DNA of 63,886 nt, filler included, from Reticulomyxa filosa (lineage: Eukaryota; Protista; Foraminifera): NCBI GenBank assembly GCA_000512085.1. It is 18 parts of 18 records of this genome, joined end to end, with 100 filler letters (N's around TTAATTAATTAA, not from the genome) between each part and the next. Parts side by side here need not be neighbours in the genome. Positions count along the whole stretch, not along the records: positions 1 to 2,464 come from ASPP01008957.1; positions 2,565 to 4,444 come from ASPP01017758.1; positions 4,545 to 5,653 come from ASPP01035370.1; positions 5,754 to 6,753 come from ASPP01038995.1; positions 6,854 to 11,266 come from ASPP01026113.1; positions 11,367 to 13,556 come from ASPP01017789.1; 12 more parts are not named here. One strand, 5' to 3'. This document shows, piece after piece, positions 1 through 13,656 of the stretch (its first letter is position 1; each line of letters starts with the position of its first letter). The translations under genes were made by a program, and so were the position numbers. The notes under the pieces were generated by a model. That model saw only the letters and a program-made list of their open reading frames with translations. It was not told where the DNA came from and searched no databases.

Positions 1-146
1 ATAATAAGTTTTTTCTATGTTGATCAAAAATATGATTTTTTTAAGTGATTTTAAAAATTTCGAAGGAGTTCATATAAATTGAACATGTATTGCAAATAAG
101 AAATTTTTAAGTCTTTTTGTTTTCATTTTAGGAATCTTCAAGTCAC

Positions 147-205
147 GTAGATACTTTAAAAAAAAATTAGGTTTAAATCTTTATTTTTCATGGAGAAAAT
201 CGATT
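147..205 (-). repeat. Dispersed AT-rich repeat, copy 1
   Basis: The reverse complement (aatcgattttctccatgaaaaataaagatttaaacctaatttttttttaaagtatctac) matches 30456-30660 and 62617-62718. Confidence 0.7.
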
Positions 206-852
206 CTCTTTATATAATGCCATTTAGGTATGTCAGTTTTTTGTGCAATCTACTGTATAATACAAGAAAGTAGTCAAGTATTTTGCTCATTTATTTCTTT
301 GAAGGCAAAATTAACTTAACTAACTTAATGTAACAAATGATATAAAAATTTTTAATGTTTCGTCGCTTGCTTGTTTTAATTCTTCTTCTATTTGATTATT
401 AGGTAATGTTCGTAAAATAAATTACTTAATTTTGGATTTTCAATTGTAGTATATCCTTCTAATGTTGTAAAATTTTAAATGTTGCTTGGCTTTGAAAAGT
501 AAAAGTTCTTTTATATTTTTGGAAATTATTAGAACAAATTAACGTTTTAAAAATATATATGACGAAAAAATCTCTTTGATCAAGTTACCATTAATATAGA
601 CTGTTTAATTAATACCATAATCAATTTTTTTCTTTCTGACATTGTTTCGCACAAGTAATGTCATTCAAAAAAAAAAAAAGATTATAAAAATACAAATTGT
701 CAATAAATGCTTTTTTTTAAGTACAGTCGTCAGAAAATATGGGAAAAAAATGTGATATCTTTTTGATAGGTAGAAGACCAATAAAATGTAATGTTCAGTA
801 ATTTGAGAAAGTCGGGAATTTGTAAAAAAAAAAAAAAAAAAGAAAAAAGATA

Positions 853-2375
853 ATGGATAACTTGAAGGAGGAATTGCAAACAAGCTATGACGAGCTGAAG
901 CAAGTAGATGAAGACAAAAATCGTCATACAAACAGACATGATTTTGGGAAATCAAGATCGGAGAGCACGTTATATGGCGGTTGGAACCCCCGATTGGAAA
1001 CCTTGGCAAAGTACATAGCGTCATTGAGTAGTGAAGAAAGAGCAGACCTATCGAAGATGGACTTGAGTGCAGAGCGCGTGATCGAGAGATTGGGTTTGAA
1101 GTTGGAAGAGACAACGGAGCAAAGGAATCAAGCAACGGAGATGATGCGCACATTGGCAAAGGAGAACGAGAGTTTGAAGATGGAGAACGACGAGGTGAAA
1201 AGTGCAGTGCGATTACGCGACGAAGAGATAAAGTTATTGGAAAAGGATAACACATTGATGGGTGAGTTGTTGGAAGAGGAGAAGGCCAAGTATGAGACAG
1301 AGTTGCAAAAGATGGACAAGATGAGGCACGAGATGATGGAAAGAGAAGAAGAGTTGGAATTGCGATTGAAAGAGCAAGAAGACTTGGAAAGAGAGAAGCG
1401 AACAAGCCAAAACGTCGTGGATACGTTGGAAGATGAGGAATTGAATAAGCTGAGCACAGAGACAGAAAAGAGGTTGTATTTGCAGTTGCAAGAAGAAAAG
1501 AAGCGTGCACAGCAATTGAAGCAGCAAATGGATATTGCGTTGACACGATTGGAAAACGAGACAAAGACAGAAGAGGAATTGCAGCAGTTGAAAGAGTATT
1601 GCATGAAATTGGAACAAGATCACGCGACGGAACTCGAAGAGGCCAATGAGATCAACACATCAGTGCAGTCCGAAATCGTCAAGCTTACTCACAAGACCGT
1701 GTGCTTGGAACAGGACAAACTCGAACTGACCAAACACTTGGAAAACAAACTCAACGAAATCACAATGCTTCGCAAAAACCTTGAGCGCTTCACCAAACGT
1801 CGTATCGTCGTCGTCGAGCGCAACGGTGATAAAGAGGAAGGAGAAGGGGAGGAGGACGACAACGACGACGACGACGATGATGATGATGATAGACATCACT
1901 CCAATGCCATTGCTGATGAAATTTATAATACACAAAAACGTGCTTTGCTTGATATGGTCGCACCTGACGATGAACAATTTGATAATGTCCCGGTTGAAAA
2001 TCAACCTATTCCTATTCCTATTCCTATTCCTGTCCCTAGCTTGATAGTCTCAGAAACTGATGCCAATAAAATCAAACCGAACCCGCCTGATGTCCTCAAA
2101 GAGTATCTTCATTTAACTGCCATGGCCGTCAAACTTAGGTACCCCAAGGTCGCCGTTGAGTCGGAGGAACTCATGAAAAAGGTCCAACTGCAACCTTTTT
2201 ACAACTATTACGAACTCATGACCCAAATCATGGAGGCCGAAAATTCCAAATTGAAAAGACCCAAACATGACACTCCGTCGGCTCATCACACTTCCTTCTT
2301 TTCCAAAATGAAACACAAAAATGTTCGGACCTACTCCTCCACCTGCTCCTCAATACTCTGCAAACAAAAGCAACT
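853..2375 (+). CDS. Long coiled-coil protein (partial, large exon) with acidic tract and IP repeat
   Basis: About 500 codons of E/K/L/Q-rich heptad sequence, a poly-D run and IPIPIPIP. A GTATGT donor at 2376 is followed by TA microsatellite. Probable A-run frameshift near 2317-2321 continuing as MFGPTPPPAPQYSANKSN. Confidence 0.7.
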
Positions 2376-2464
2376 GTATGTCATCTATATATACATATAT
2401 ATATATATATATATGGTTTTTTTTTTTGTCGTACCCAATGGCATTCCTTTTTTTTTTGTATATG

Positions 2465-2564
2465 NNNNNNNNNNNNNNNNNNNNNNNNNNNNNNNNNNNN
2501 NNNNNNNNTTAATTAATTAANNNNNNNNNNNNNNNNNNNNNNNNNNNNNNNNNNNNNNNNNNNN
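2465..2564. other. Artificial contig linker N44-TTAATTAATTAA-N44 (first of 17)
   Basis: The same 100-bp spacer with stops in all frames recurs at 4445, 5654, 6754, 11267, 13557, 24363, 30728, 32299, 35457, 36967, 39525, 43658, 47630, 49676, 53217 and 62732. Confidence 0.99.
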
Positions 2565-2600
<36 letters not shown>

Positions 2601-2995
2601 GTGTTGTTATTGTTATTGCCAACATTGTCACTGACAGTATTGTTGTTGCTAATTGCGCTATCTGCAATGACGCTGCTATTTGTAGCAGTATTGACATTTG
2701 TTGGATTGTCATTGTCGGTGCTGCTATGTGGATGACTTGTTGAGTCCATTGTCAAGTCTCTCACAGATATTCTCTTCTTCTCCAAACTTGTCACTGATCC
2801 TTTCGATCCACTTTTTTGCCTTATGTGCTGTCGCGGCTGCGCTTTTGCAAGTCCTGATGTTGTGCCAGTACTCGTGCTTTCCAATTTTTGTGTCGATGTT
2901 CCTCCGACGCTCCCACGATCTGAAAAATACGCCGATCGTCCATCTGCACCGACTGCTAGTTGTCGTCTATTCACATTTCCAAAGGCACTTGACGT
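2565..2995 (-). CDS. Low-complexity Ser/Thr/Asn-rich hypothetical protein exon (truncated by contig end)
   Basis: Open frame ending in poly-Asn, with an (AAT)n tract at about 2565-2600 and an A-rich acceptor-like region upstream. Confidence 0.45.
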
Positions 2996-3463
2996 TCTTT
3001 TCTTTTTTCCTTTTTTTTCTCCAAAATTAAACACATCGAGGAGTGGTATCTTTTTTTCCAAATGATCCACTATTTTTTTTTTTAAACCGAGGGCAGCCAA
3101 CCGCCGTTGCAACAAAAATAAAATAAAATATTAGAGAAACGAGAACTTCAGTAGATCATCTTTTTGAGAACGCATTTGCAATAGTGGTATTATATGCAAA
3201 TATAATGGATGATATTTTCTGACAATCTTTTCGACGTCTTTCAATTTGAATTTTTAGGTCAGCACCTTTTAAGATCAATGACAACACTCTTACCTTATAT
3301 TTCACTTTGCTTGTAGGTTTTTAAATAGGTAGATTGTACTCAAGAATGAAAATTATTGCTAAAATCATTCATTTTATATAGTTTTATTTGTTCAGTTTAA
3401 CTTCGCTTGTGGGCATTTCTTGAAAAAACAGAAGCCGAGTTTTCGTCACGCAAAATTTTGATC

Positions 3464-4444
3464 ATGTCTGTTCAAAAATTAGTGAAGATCGCCATCTGGC
3501 TCTTCATTTGGAACTGTTTCTGTGTATATTGTAAATTATTTGACTTTAATGCTCTTCTGGACAATGCTGAGTTTCAATCATTTCTTAACTCGAACTTGAC
3601 ACTCGAATCGGTTGTAGACGACAAAGTGAAGAAGACCCGGCAATCCCGGAGTTTGTTGTTTTCAGACACTCCATCAACACTGTTTCGGCACTATCGCTTG
3701 CAACAAAAGCCCCCAAATGACTATAAACTGCAAGGCGGGGATGTGTTGGTAATAATGGACGATTGGTTTGTGCAAAGCGATAAAACGCAAGAAAAGTCAT
3801 CGAAAAAGCAATATTCGATGCAAACATTAACATTTGCAATGGAATTAGCGAAAAAAGGAAAGGATGAAAGCAATAACGCAAATGCAAAGAAATGGAAATG
3901 GGGATTTACAAGCAGTTACCAAAAGGATAGATTTCCTTACATAAACGACCAGGTTATAGTCCCATCGTCCATCCACGACTTAATTCGGTATCAAATCCCA
4001 TTGGTTTTCACAATCAACCGTGACCGCGTGCTGACAAGAAAACTGGACGAAGACATCAAACGTGCGGAAGAGGAGCTGCAAGAGACAATAAAACAGCAGC
4101 AAGAGTTGGAAAATGCTGCTAAATTACAAACAGAGTATCGTTACCAGGAGAATGTAGATTCTTCTCTGGTTTGTACTTTTTTTTTGACGAGAAAGGGGAG
4201 GAATGAAGAGGAAAAGTGATAAATTAGAAATCGATTAATTAACATTTTTACATATATTATATATGTATATAATATATGTAAAAATGTTGACAACCAATCA
4301 AACGACAATCTCTATTTGTCAACCAATCAAATTGATGAAAAGACATACTACATAAAAGGATAGACATGCAAATCGTCTTGCAGAAAGACGTGGTCGATTG
4401 GAGGCTATGACATTGAAGCAAACCCCTCCTCCTCCTCCTCCTCC
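3464..4444 (+). CDS. Hypothetical secreted or membrane protein with C-terminal coiled coil and poly-Pro (partial)
   Basis: ATG at 3464 followed by a hydrophobic signal-like segment (LVKIAIWLFIWNCFCVYC). Intron from about 4169 to about 4358, then DRHANRLAERRGRLEAMTLKQTPPPPP to the contig end. Confidence 0.55.
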
Positions 4445-4544
4445 NNNNNNNNNNNNNNNNNNNNNNNNNNNNNNNNNNNNNNNNNNNNTTAATTAATTAA
4501 NNNNNNNNNNNNNNNNNNNNNNNNNNNNNNNNNNNNNNNNNNNN

Positions 4545-5653
4545 AGAAAACAACATGTTTATAAATTATTTTTTGCCTTATTGACAGCAAAGCCAATGAA
4601 ATGGAGTTAAGTACAATTGAATAATCTTTTTATGTATATGATAAATAATGAATACAAATACAAGAGTGAATATGCTCGTCATTTATACGCACAAGCAATT
4701 CAAAAATGTTTATTATTGCATTGCAATTACAATTGGATAGAAAATAATTAAGCAATGATGTTTTCAATCATTTGATGAATGGACCCAAATATGATTCAAG
4801 TAATAATGCCCAGTATTTATATGCAAAATCATTTGGAAGGATATCATCACAATTGAATGAAGCTTGGAAAGGATTAAATAACAAATTGGATGATAAAAAA
4901 GAAAATATCCGTCCAGACATTTAAAACCCTCTTAGTGAAATGCAAAGAAAAGCAATTTGATAATATCATCGCCTGTTGGATTGATGAACTCAAAGGTAAA
5001 GATAAAGACACTTGTCGTACATGTGTGGAATCAGTTGTAAATCTCTTGAAAAGTTTAACAAATGGAAAACAATTGGACAATCATTTTCATTGTTTGATAA
5101 ATGGATTAAATGTTGAAAATTGGTATTACACAGAAATACTCCGAAAAATAGCATTACAAGTAAATAATATAAAGATTTTAAATATCATCCATGTAAAATA
5201 ATATTTGAAACAATAGTAACATAATTGAATGAACAGCAATTGGACAATGTATTAGAATTTTTAAAATCTATTAGTCATCCCGATTTTTGCATTGGATTAC
5301 TAAGAATGATATCAATGAAATTGAATAAACGACAAATAAATGATATAACACAAGTTTTGGTATAATTTCGAGAAAGATACACACAAAATGGATTGAAATA
5401 TTATTTAAAGTGAATGAAAGACAATTGAATAATATATTTCATGATAAATAATAACATCACAAAATACTCAAATAATATTATTAAAACCAAGTAACTACAA
5501 ATGAAAGACGCATTTGAATTTTTGAGAAACGGATTTAATAATGAAAATGATGACATTCGCAAATCATGTGTGAATGGGCTTCGAACAATAGTATTGAAAT
5601 TGGATGAAACACAATTGAATACCTTGGCTCATTGGTTGGCAAGATTCGATATT
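4545..5653 (+). pseudogene. Degenerate HEAT/ARM-like alpha-solenoid repeat protein fragment
   Basis: Repeating units such as KQFDNIIACWIDELKGKDKDTCRTC, QLDNHFHCLINGL and AFEFLRNGFNNENDDIRKSCVNGL, interrupted by stops and frameshifts. Confidence 0.6.
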
Positions 5654-7023
5654 NNNNNNNNNNNNNNNNNNNNNNNNNNNNNNNNNNNNNNNNNNNNTTA
5701 ATTAATTAANNNNNNNNNNNNNNNNNNNNNNNNNNNNNNNNNNNNNNNNNNNNTGCATAAGCCAAATTTTTGTGCACCAGCCACATTTGTCACATAGAAA
5801 TATCTCAACATTTTTTCTCGTTTGGCCAAAAAAAAGTTATTTTTGCTTTGGAAAATTTGTAAATTTTTATCACGAAACTATTTTTTTTAATAACATCTTT
5901 GACATCAATTTGTGTCAAGCTTTCTCAAAAAAGCAACAGCGAGCTCACAAGGCCGCCAAATAAAAAGCGATTATTATTGATTTAAATCATTTGAAAATAT
6001 AGAGTGAATCAAAACCACAACGTCAGGATAATCATGTTCTAATTCATCCAAAATAAAACAATCCAATTGCTTCATTGAGCTTTGAAATATTTAATAAATT
6101 AATTCCTAATTACATCGATTCATTTGTATTAGTATTGAAATGACAACAAATAACAGATTTGTCTGTGAATAAGTTTTTTAATTTTCAAATTATCAAAATA
6201 ACATGTTTAACAAGCATTTCGATTTTACTTGAAAAATTGTAAACTTCCACAAATTATAAAAACAATAATTTGGAATATTTTTCAATTATAATATTTTTAA
6301 TTATCAAAACTTTTAACTAATTGTACTTCTTCAGAATTGTTGCTTATTTTAAAACATAGAGTCAATTTACGTTTGTTTTGGTCTAATTTTGTTAGCAAGC
6401 TATTTGTAATACTTTGAATTAACGTTTACATTGAATAATTTCCACTGCTATTATCAATTTGATATAATCCTTGAAAAATTTTCAGTTAAATCCAATTTTC
6501 CAATAATATTTGTCATCTGTAGTCATAGCACGTTTTCACTGATTGATTGAAATGTATAAACACTTTTTCTATGATCACCACTTCCAATGATAATAACAAT
6601 ACTTTTTATTCGTTGTTTATTATGCATATTTTTACAAACAAATATCTTTAAGATCTTTGTTGTAATGTGATTGGTTTTCTGTTAAAAAAGTTTTAATGTT
6701 GAAATTTGATTTAATTGAAAAAAATTGGATTGATAGTAATGAGATTACTTTAANNNNNNNNNNNNNNNNNNNNNNNNNNNNNNNNNNNNNNNNNNNNTTA
6801 ATTAATTAANNNNNNNNNNNNNNNNNNNNNNNNNNNNNNNNNNNNNNNNNNNNTAAGTTGGCAAATGACGACATTATGGAAGTCAACTCAACGACAGAGA
6901 ACGCAAAGACAGAACGTAACGAATAGCAATAACTTAACAATTGGTCCAACAGTCAAAAAAGGTCAAATGATTGGTTGGCAAGTATATGATCCAAGCAGTC
7001 GAGCACGAGATTGGACAATTGGA

Positions 7024-7260
7024 AAAATATTCATGGAAAGAAGATATCCCTTCACAACAATCGCCGAGAAGAAAGTGGTGCGAGATATTAAGGAAAAATT
7101 GTCCCATGTTACTTTTGGCTATGAAAATCAATTGAAGAAAGCTGATATCTCCAGCGAACTGGAACAAAACTACAGTTTTCCTGATGGCCAAGTCATCACC
7201 GTTGGTGCTGACCAGTTCCAATGCTTAGAGGTTTTGTTCAAATCAAGTTTCATTGGATTA
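7024..7260 (+). pseudogene. ACT: Actin internal fragment
   Basis: [29 protein letters not shown]...ELEQNYSFPDGQVITVGADQFQCLEVLFKSSFIG aligns by eye to actin [29 protein letters not shown]...[33 protein letters not shown]. Confidence 0.9.
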
Positions 7261-7742
7261 GGAACATTAATTACGAAAGGAAGCCACAAAAAAGGGTATG
7301 TTTGTGCGAAAAAAAAAAAAGGTGTAATAATTTTTTTTTATCTTCAAAAAAACAAATAAACAAACAAACAAAAAATAGAGAAATTCAAAGACAAACTCAA
7401 CAACATGCTCAATTGTGCCACTTGTTAGGAATTGGGCAATTGATAATTTGTGTGACCAAAATGGATGACCCCTCAGTGAAATGTGATCAAGATCGCTTTG
7501 AGGAAAGCAAATGAAATTAGCTGGCTGTGTTTATAATAGTCAAGGAGTGGATGATGTGATTACTAGACGTATTGAACAAGGAACAATTACTCATTGGTGT
7601 TATCTGGTAAAGCAATTTCTATTGAAATGCATCACAAAATAGTCGACAAAGCCGAAGCTGGTGCCAACATCGGTGTAAACGTGAAAAAATTGAATAAATG
7701 AAAATATGCCACAAATTGGTGATGTGATGTGCATTGATGACC
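7261..7742 (+). pseudogene. EFL: Elongation factor-like (EFL, EF-1alpha-related) fragments
   Basis: ITKGSHKKG, intron 7296-7378, then EIQRQTQQHAQLCHLLGIGQLIICVTKMDD carries the EFL-type KGxHKxGEIQGQTRQH insertion. Domain II motifs follow (GVDDVITRRIEQG, GKAISIEMHHK, AGANIGVNVK, NMPQIGDVM) with stops and frameshifts. Confidence 0.8.
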
Positions 7743-8985
7743 GTAGGTACGTTAAAAGAATGTTTTATATTTACATTATACAACAGTAATAAACATTTAT
7801 TGTATTGTATTGTTATCATAGAACAAATGGCTAACTATTTTTTTTTAATAATGTCGGAGGTAAAAAGCGCCAGTCTCGATATACTTTTCAAAAACTTAGA
7901 ATTCAACAGTTTTTGTTTGCTTGGTCTTTACAACGTCTTGAAGAACACAAGCTCTGGATTATCTGTAAGACCAGTAAAGAAACAAAGTTGACTGTGGAAA
8001 ATTGGCACGAATTAGAAACATTTGAAATAGGCGTTGGCTCAAACAATAAAAAAAAGCATCGTCCTTTTATAAATTTTGGAACGCACAAATTGATATTGTG
8101 CTGAGTTGCAGCAATGGCAACAGGAGCAGTTGATAAGGCGTGTGTTTTGTCCTCGTCTTGTGAGTCCAAAGTGACATTTTCGCTGATCGCATCAGAAAAG
8201 ACTTGTACAACATCGTGGTGAGCGGTGGCACAGCCGAAAGAATGCAAAAGAAATCAAACATTTATATCGACTGAATTGCAAACGTCGACACGTGATTTCA
8301 TTGTTTGCAATGGCAAGCTTTTTTCGAGTTAAAGAAAAAGGCTGTTGCAAATGCCTTGAAGAATGTGGTGGGTCAGAAAATAGTTTTAAAGCGACGGCCA
8401 TAGCTTTTTTTTCTCATTTAAAATAGTTTGAATATATTTGCTTGAATTATTTCAAGCTTAAAGCAACATATAATTCAATACCTTTCTTTTCGCTACTTGG
8501 TCTGTCGGAAAAGAATAGAAGCAAAGAAAAAAAAAGTAAAATAAAATAACCCAACAAAACCAAAGCAGTTCCGCAGATGGAAACATTCCCGCTGGTGAAT
8601 ATTCAAATAAAAACTACACAGCAAAATGTTACTTTTCTAAATATCCAACAATCATGTGAAAGTAACAGCAATTAGAAAGACTTAACATTTCAATCACAAA
8701 AGAAAAAAAAGATATAAAATAAAGAATCAAACGCAACAAATGAACAAAAAACGAGAAAAGTGGATGTGGCAGATTACAGATTCTTTTCCCGTTACTTGAA
8801 AAAAAGTAAAAAAGAGACTTTTTAATAACTAAATTTGATTGATATCTTTTTGTTTGAAAACAAAAAAAAAACAACATGAATGCAATCTTCAATCGATTGT
8901 TTTCTTTTTTTCATTCATTCGAATAATTTTCCAATTCTTTATCAATGTGCTATAGTTTACAAAAAATCAATACGTTATATTTTAA

Positions 8986-11224
8986 TTACTGCCAAAAACA
9001 GCAGAAGAAAAAAAGAGTAACTTGAAGCAGATTGGAATTGAGTAAAGAGGCCAATTTCAAAGATTTTAAATACGCTAAAACGGAGTCTTTGTTTTGGTTG
9101 TTTGTAGTAGCAATGTACTTGAGCCCATGTCGAAGAACTTCCATCCAAGTTTTGTGTTTGGTTTCAGTATCTCGCACGGCGATGATAAACTCTTTGAAAA
9201 TGACGACAAGATTGTCTTTGGCTCCATGTACGGACATTGTAGCGAATATGGCTCCATAGAATTCTGGCAGTATTGGTATGTTCATACATTCAAGCTCAAA
9301 ATTTTTCACGAACTCTTTGTCAATATCAACAATGATGGAATAAGATAACCAGCCTTTCGTCACCGGGATCTTCATCCAATGCACAAAGTAGGTCATGACT
9401 TCATCTGGACTCCATCCTTGGCATACTTGGTTGATTAGTCCCGTCCACACATGGCCCGTCCATCGGTCCAAATATCGCAGCACAAAGCCTTCCGCCGTTT
9501 TCAATTCCTGATTGCGTAAGCACTTTTGCACGGTTTTGGCGAGTTCTTCATCGCTAAGATCGTCTCTCGGCCTGCCGATGTGACTCCATTACTATTGTTT
9601 CTATCTTCCTCCTCTCACTCTTATTACTTTCCTTTGTTATCATTGTCATTGCCATTGTCATCATTGTTATTGTCTTCCAAATAAACTCCATATAAAAAAA
9701 ATCCCTTATTCGGAAAGCGCAAGTTAAGTCTGAAAATAAACTCCTCAATTTTACTTTTGAATATTTTCCAAAATGCATTAACATGTTGGGTGTTGGTGAA
9801 ATAGTATATTTTCCCATCCATTATAATTTGATCATTTAAATGTATTGCCATCAATGAAATATCTTTGGTTTCCGCTTTTTTTTTATTTCATCTGTTTGTG
9901 TTAAGGAAAATTTGAGCCCTTGTTTTTTCTTTTTTCTATTCTGCCACAATTGAGATTGACTCTTGATAAAATTATTCAATGCAGTTTCATCATTGAGATC
10001 GAGTCCAGTGTAAACTATCAACTTCATTGCAATGAGAACATTGACATATTCCACAATTCGGTAGATTCGAATGTCACTAATCCCCATGATCTCATCATAC
10101 ATGTTATCTGGCAAATCCATTACTCTTCTTTCATGATATAAATTTATAACTTTTACTTCACTCAATCTTTTTTTTTTCCAAATAAAATAACAGCCTCAAA
10201 AATGATAATGTAAATAATTTTAAAAAATGTAACAAAACTGTTCGTCCTTAAATATTTCTGAATGTCCACCAATAATGGCCAAGAACAAAGATAAAGGAAA
10301 CAAATGAATGAAATTGACATAAAGCATATTAATCATTTTAACTCGTCGTGATGATTGTCTTACTCTTCTTTTGATATTATTCGCGAATTTGAATAGAATT
10401 GGAGCTTGTGTGTTTGTTTCCACTCTATTTGCTCTCAAACTGGGCAGTGAAGGTATACTATTTACATTGTCAATTGTTATTTCAGTTATATTTTCATTAG
10501 CATTAGCATTAAAACAATGTCTCTGTGGAAAATGATACAAATAACGGCCTTGCAAGCGATCATAGCAGGTAGTATTTGTATTCTTTTCAATCCAACGACT
10601 CCTTTGTTGATATCTTTTCCATTCTTGATTCATCGATGTATCCAAACGAATATTTTCAGTTTTATTAGAAAATAATTGCCTTTGTCTTCGTGGGAAACGA
10701 TAAACTGACTTTTTTTGCATTCTTTTTTGGCAATCTTGTTTTCGCAAATCAATTTTAATTTGTATAGTTTGAATCGATTTGATAGAATGTTGTTTGTAAA
10801 AATCATATAACCATTCATGAAAACTCCACACTCTACAATTAAATGGTTTCATAAAGCCATAATAATAATACATATGACTGGAACTCTTGTCTTTGTTTAT
10901 ATTACTTTTGCTTGTTTCATCATGAATCGTTGTTACTGGAGTGTTTATGTCTTGTTTAATTGTAATATTTGAAGTAAAATCATCCTCATGTCGGAGTGTG
11001 TTGGAGGAAAATTGTCCATTCACATTATGATGTTGCAAATTTGTGCACTGTTTTATCTTTTGTTGCATATCCAGATTGTTCACATCCACATTTTTTTCCA
11101 CAATCAATACTGTATATCCATCGTTATTTTGAATATTTACTATTTCTATTAACTCATCGTTACACAAATCCTTTATCAATCGCGAAAATGTACTGCTATC
11201 CAATAGTGTTGTTTTATTCGTCAT
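8986..11224 (-). CDS. Hypothetical multi-exon or frameshifted protein(s)
   Basis: A chain of same-strand ORFs (10220-11224, 9851-10165, 9624-9854, 8986-9531) with protein-like composition. No motif recognised. Confidence 0.4.
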
Positions 11225-11635
11225 TTTCTCTCCATGTTCTATTGATTCTTCATATTATATATATATNNNNNNNNNNNNNNNNNNNNNNNNNNNNNNNNNN
11301 NNNNNNNNNNTTAATTAATTAANNNNNNNNNNNNNNNNNNNNNNNNNNNNNNNNNNNNNNNNNNNNAAAAAAAACAAAGTTTGCGTTTTGTTTTCTTGCT
11401 GGAAAAAAAAAATGAGTTTTTCTTTTTTAAACAGAATGGATCGTGTTACTATTTAAATAAAAATTGTTTATGAATAAAATGATGAATTATTTGAAAAAGA
11501 ATAAAACAAACAATGATTGTGTTACAGTTTAAGAAAAGAGTCAATTCGTAAAAACATGTCTCTTTTCGTTTTACTCTCTTACATCACTTTAGATATGAAA
11601 CATTGTTCTAATAATTATATCTTTTTCGAAAGATT

Positions 11636-13390
11636 TCAAAAATCTCCATCAGGCGCATCTAAATATTGACTGCCAAAATCATACTTAATTTGCACTTCTT
11701 GTTCAATATATTCTTTTCCTTTCATCGTCACCGTCACTCGAATCATTGTTTCACCAAAATAGAAACGAACAACATATTCCTCATCATCACTAAAATCTTC
11801 TGGATATGGAATATCAATTTTCCCCAAGCATACGCAATCTGTGGTCACTCCTGGATCTATTTCCTCACTTCGAAAAAGTGAAATGTATGCTCCTTTTTGC
11901 TCTTTCGATAATTTGGAGTAGCTCTGTTCAACTACCTGTAACATAACAAAAAAAAAAAAACGAAACAGTATTGACATTTGATAATGCAGACGTAATGATA
12001 ACCCCACAGCAAATAGTAGCAATAGTAACTTGGTTCACTTTCACTGGTTCACCTTTGTCCACAAATGTAACGAAGCAATGTGAAACGTACTCTTCGTTGT
12101 CAATATCACAAATATATTTGTGTGCATCGATATGAGTTGTACCGATCTTTGGATGAGATCGAGTATATTCTATTGGCAAGCAAGCAGAATTTCCATAAGC
12201 GTATTTAACAATTCTGGAGGTGATGAAAGATGGAGCCCTTGCGAATTGAGCAGCTCCTTGAACTACGGAAAAATGGGTCTTGTAGGGATTACGAACGTGT
12301 ATTTCCATTCGTAATGTTTTTGAGTTTGTATTGCAAATAAGAAGACTCGCTAAAACCGCCTACCAAACACACGTACTTTAATTTCTTCTTCAATATCTGT
12401 TCATTTGTCTTTAGCATTTCATCCATCAGTTTGATGATGGGATCAATTCTTAAATCAAACAGCTTCATCCATAATGAACAAGACAATGACAAGTCTTCAT
12501 GGTCATACGAATGTCTATTATTGTCGTATTTTGGTCATTGTTTGACCTATCATTCCAATGACTCCAAACAAACAAATAAACAAACAAAACAAACAAAAAA
12601 AACAATGAACCAACCCAGATTCTCCAAGATATTCAAAATTAGAAACTCGTTTTTCCAAATCATCGGTAATGTTTTGTTGCATGAATTGATCGAATTCAAA
12701 CGAGATTTCAATTCGATGAACTCCCTCTGTTCTTTTATTGATAAAAAATCGCTGCTTACTTTTTTCAATATTTTCCAACAATTGCACATATTGTTTTGGA
12801 TCTTGCTGTCGGAATTTTTGCATCTCTTCTCTACCAAAGATGGAGTCAAATATTTTTTGGAGGTCATTATCAATATACGAGCTTCCCCAAGACCCTCCAA
12901 ACGAAGCAATAACTTCCCTCACTTCAAATCGGTCAATGATTTCATGACACACCATGTCGGCAGTCCTGCTCCCAAATCCATCAGCATATAACAGTCTCCT
13001 TTTTTAAACTGAATTTTGTCGTGATTGTCTTGCATTTCAAACAGCACGCAAGCACTTGCACACTCGGGCTCAAGTGCAATAATTAATTGGTTCGGAATTG
13101 AGGGACTCCATATTTTTGCTTGCTGCGCCCATCGTCTCATTAGTCCTTTAATCTCCTCACTCCAAATCGCCGGCACTGTTATCACCCATTGGATTTTATT
13201 TTCTTTGAAAATCATATGTTTTGCTTTGAAATATTCCATGGCCTTTTGTTTGCAGAATTTCAGAGCGCCAGTGAACACAGTTTCGGACTTGACACTCACT
13301 CCATTTATCGATTGCAATTCGTGTTTGACTGTCGATCGTTTCTTTGTTTGGTATTCGCTTGCAACATCTTTCATTTACTCGCATGTTTGC
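11636..13390 (-). CDS. HSPA12: HSPA12-like atypical Hsp70 (5' partial, several introns and homopolymer frameshifts)
   Basis: IQWVITVPAIWSEEIKGLMRRWA, LIIALEPECAS, YMLMDLGAG(T)ADMVCHE, GGSWGSSYID, VCLVGGFSESSYL, SVVQGAA, ITSRIVKYAYG and VRFYFGETMIRVT are hallmark HSPA12 motifs. Confidence 0.85.
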
Positions 13391-13520
13391 CATTTGTGAA
13401 ACCACGTATACACACACACATTGCTACGTAAGCTATTGCAAATGAGAGACAAATAAAACAAACCATATAAATGCATTTTGAATCTATGAACTAGCAAGCA
13501 CTTATCGGTATGTTCAATTC

Positions 13521-13552
<32 letters not shown>

Positions 13553-13656
13553 TTTTNNNNNNNNNNNNNNNNNNNNNNNNNNNNNNNNNNNNNNNNNNNN
13601 TTAATTAATTAANNNNNNNNNNNNNNNNNNNNNNNNNNNNNNNNNNNNNNNNNNNN

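Noticed and set aside
665-2044. Antisense and alternate-frame ORFs over the coiled-coil gene (665-1564, 1128-1604, 1234-1623, 1660-2004)
   Set aside because: Shadow ORFs produced by biased E/K/L codon usage on the plus strand.
6000-6620. Minus-strand fragments IGSGDHRKSVYTFQ and FILDELEH, vaguely like helicase motifs
   Set aside because: Too short and degenerate, in non-canonical order and riddled with stops.
7903-8401. Short minus-strand ORFs that might form a small gene
   Set aside because: No motif and no consistent splice model could be established.
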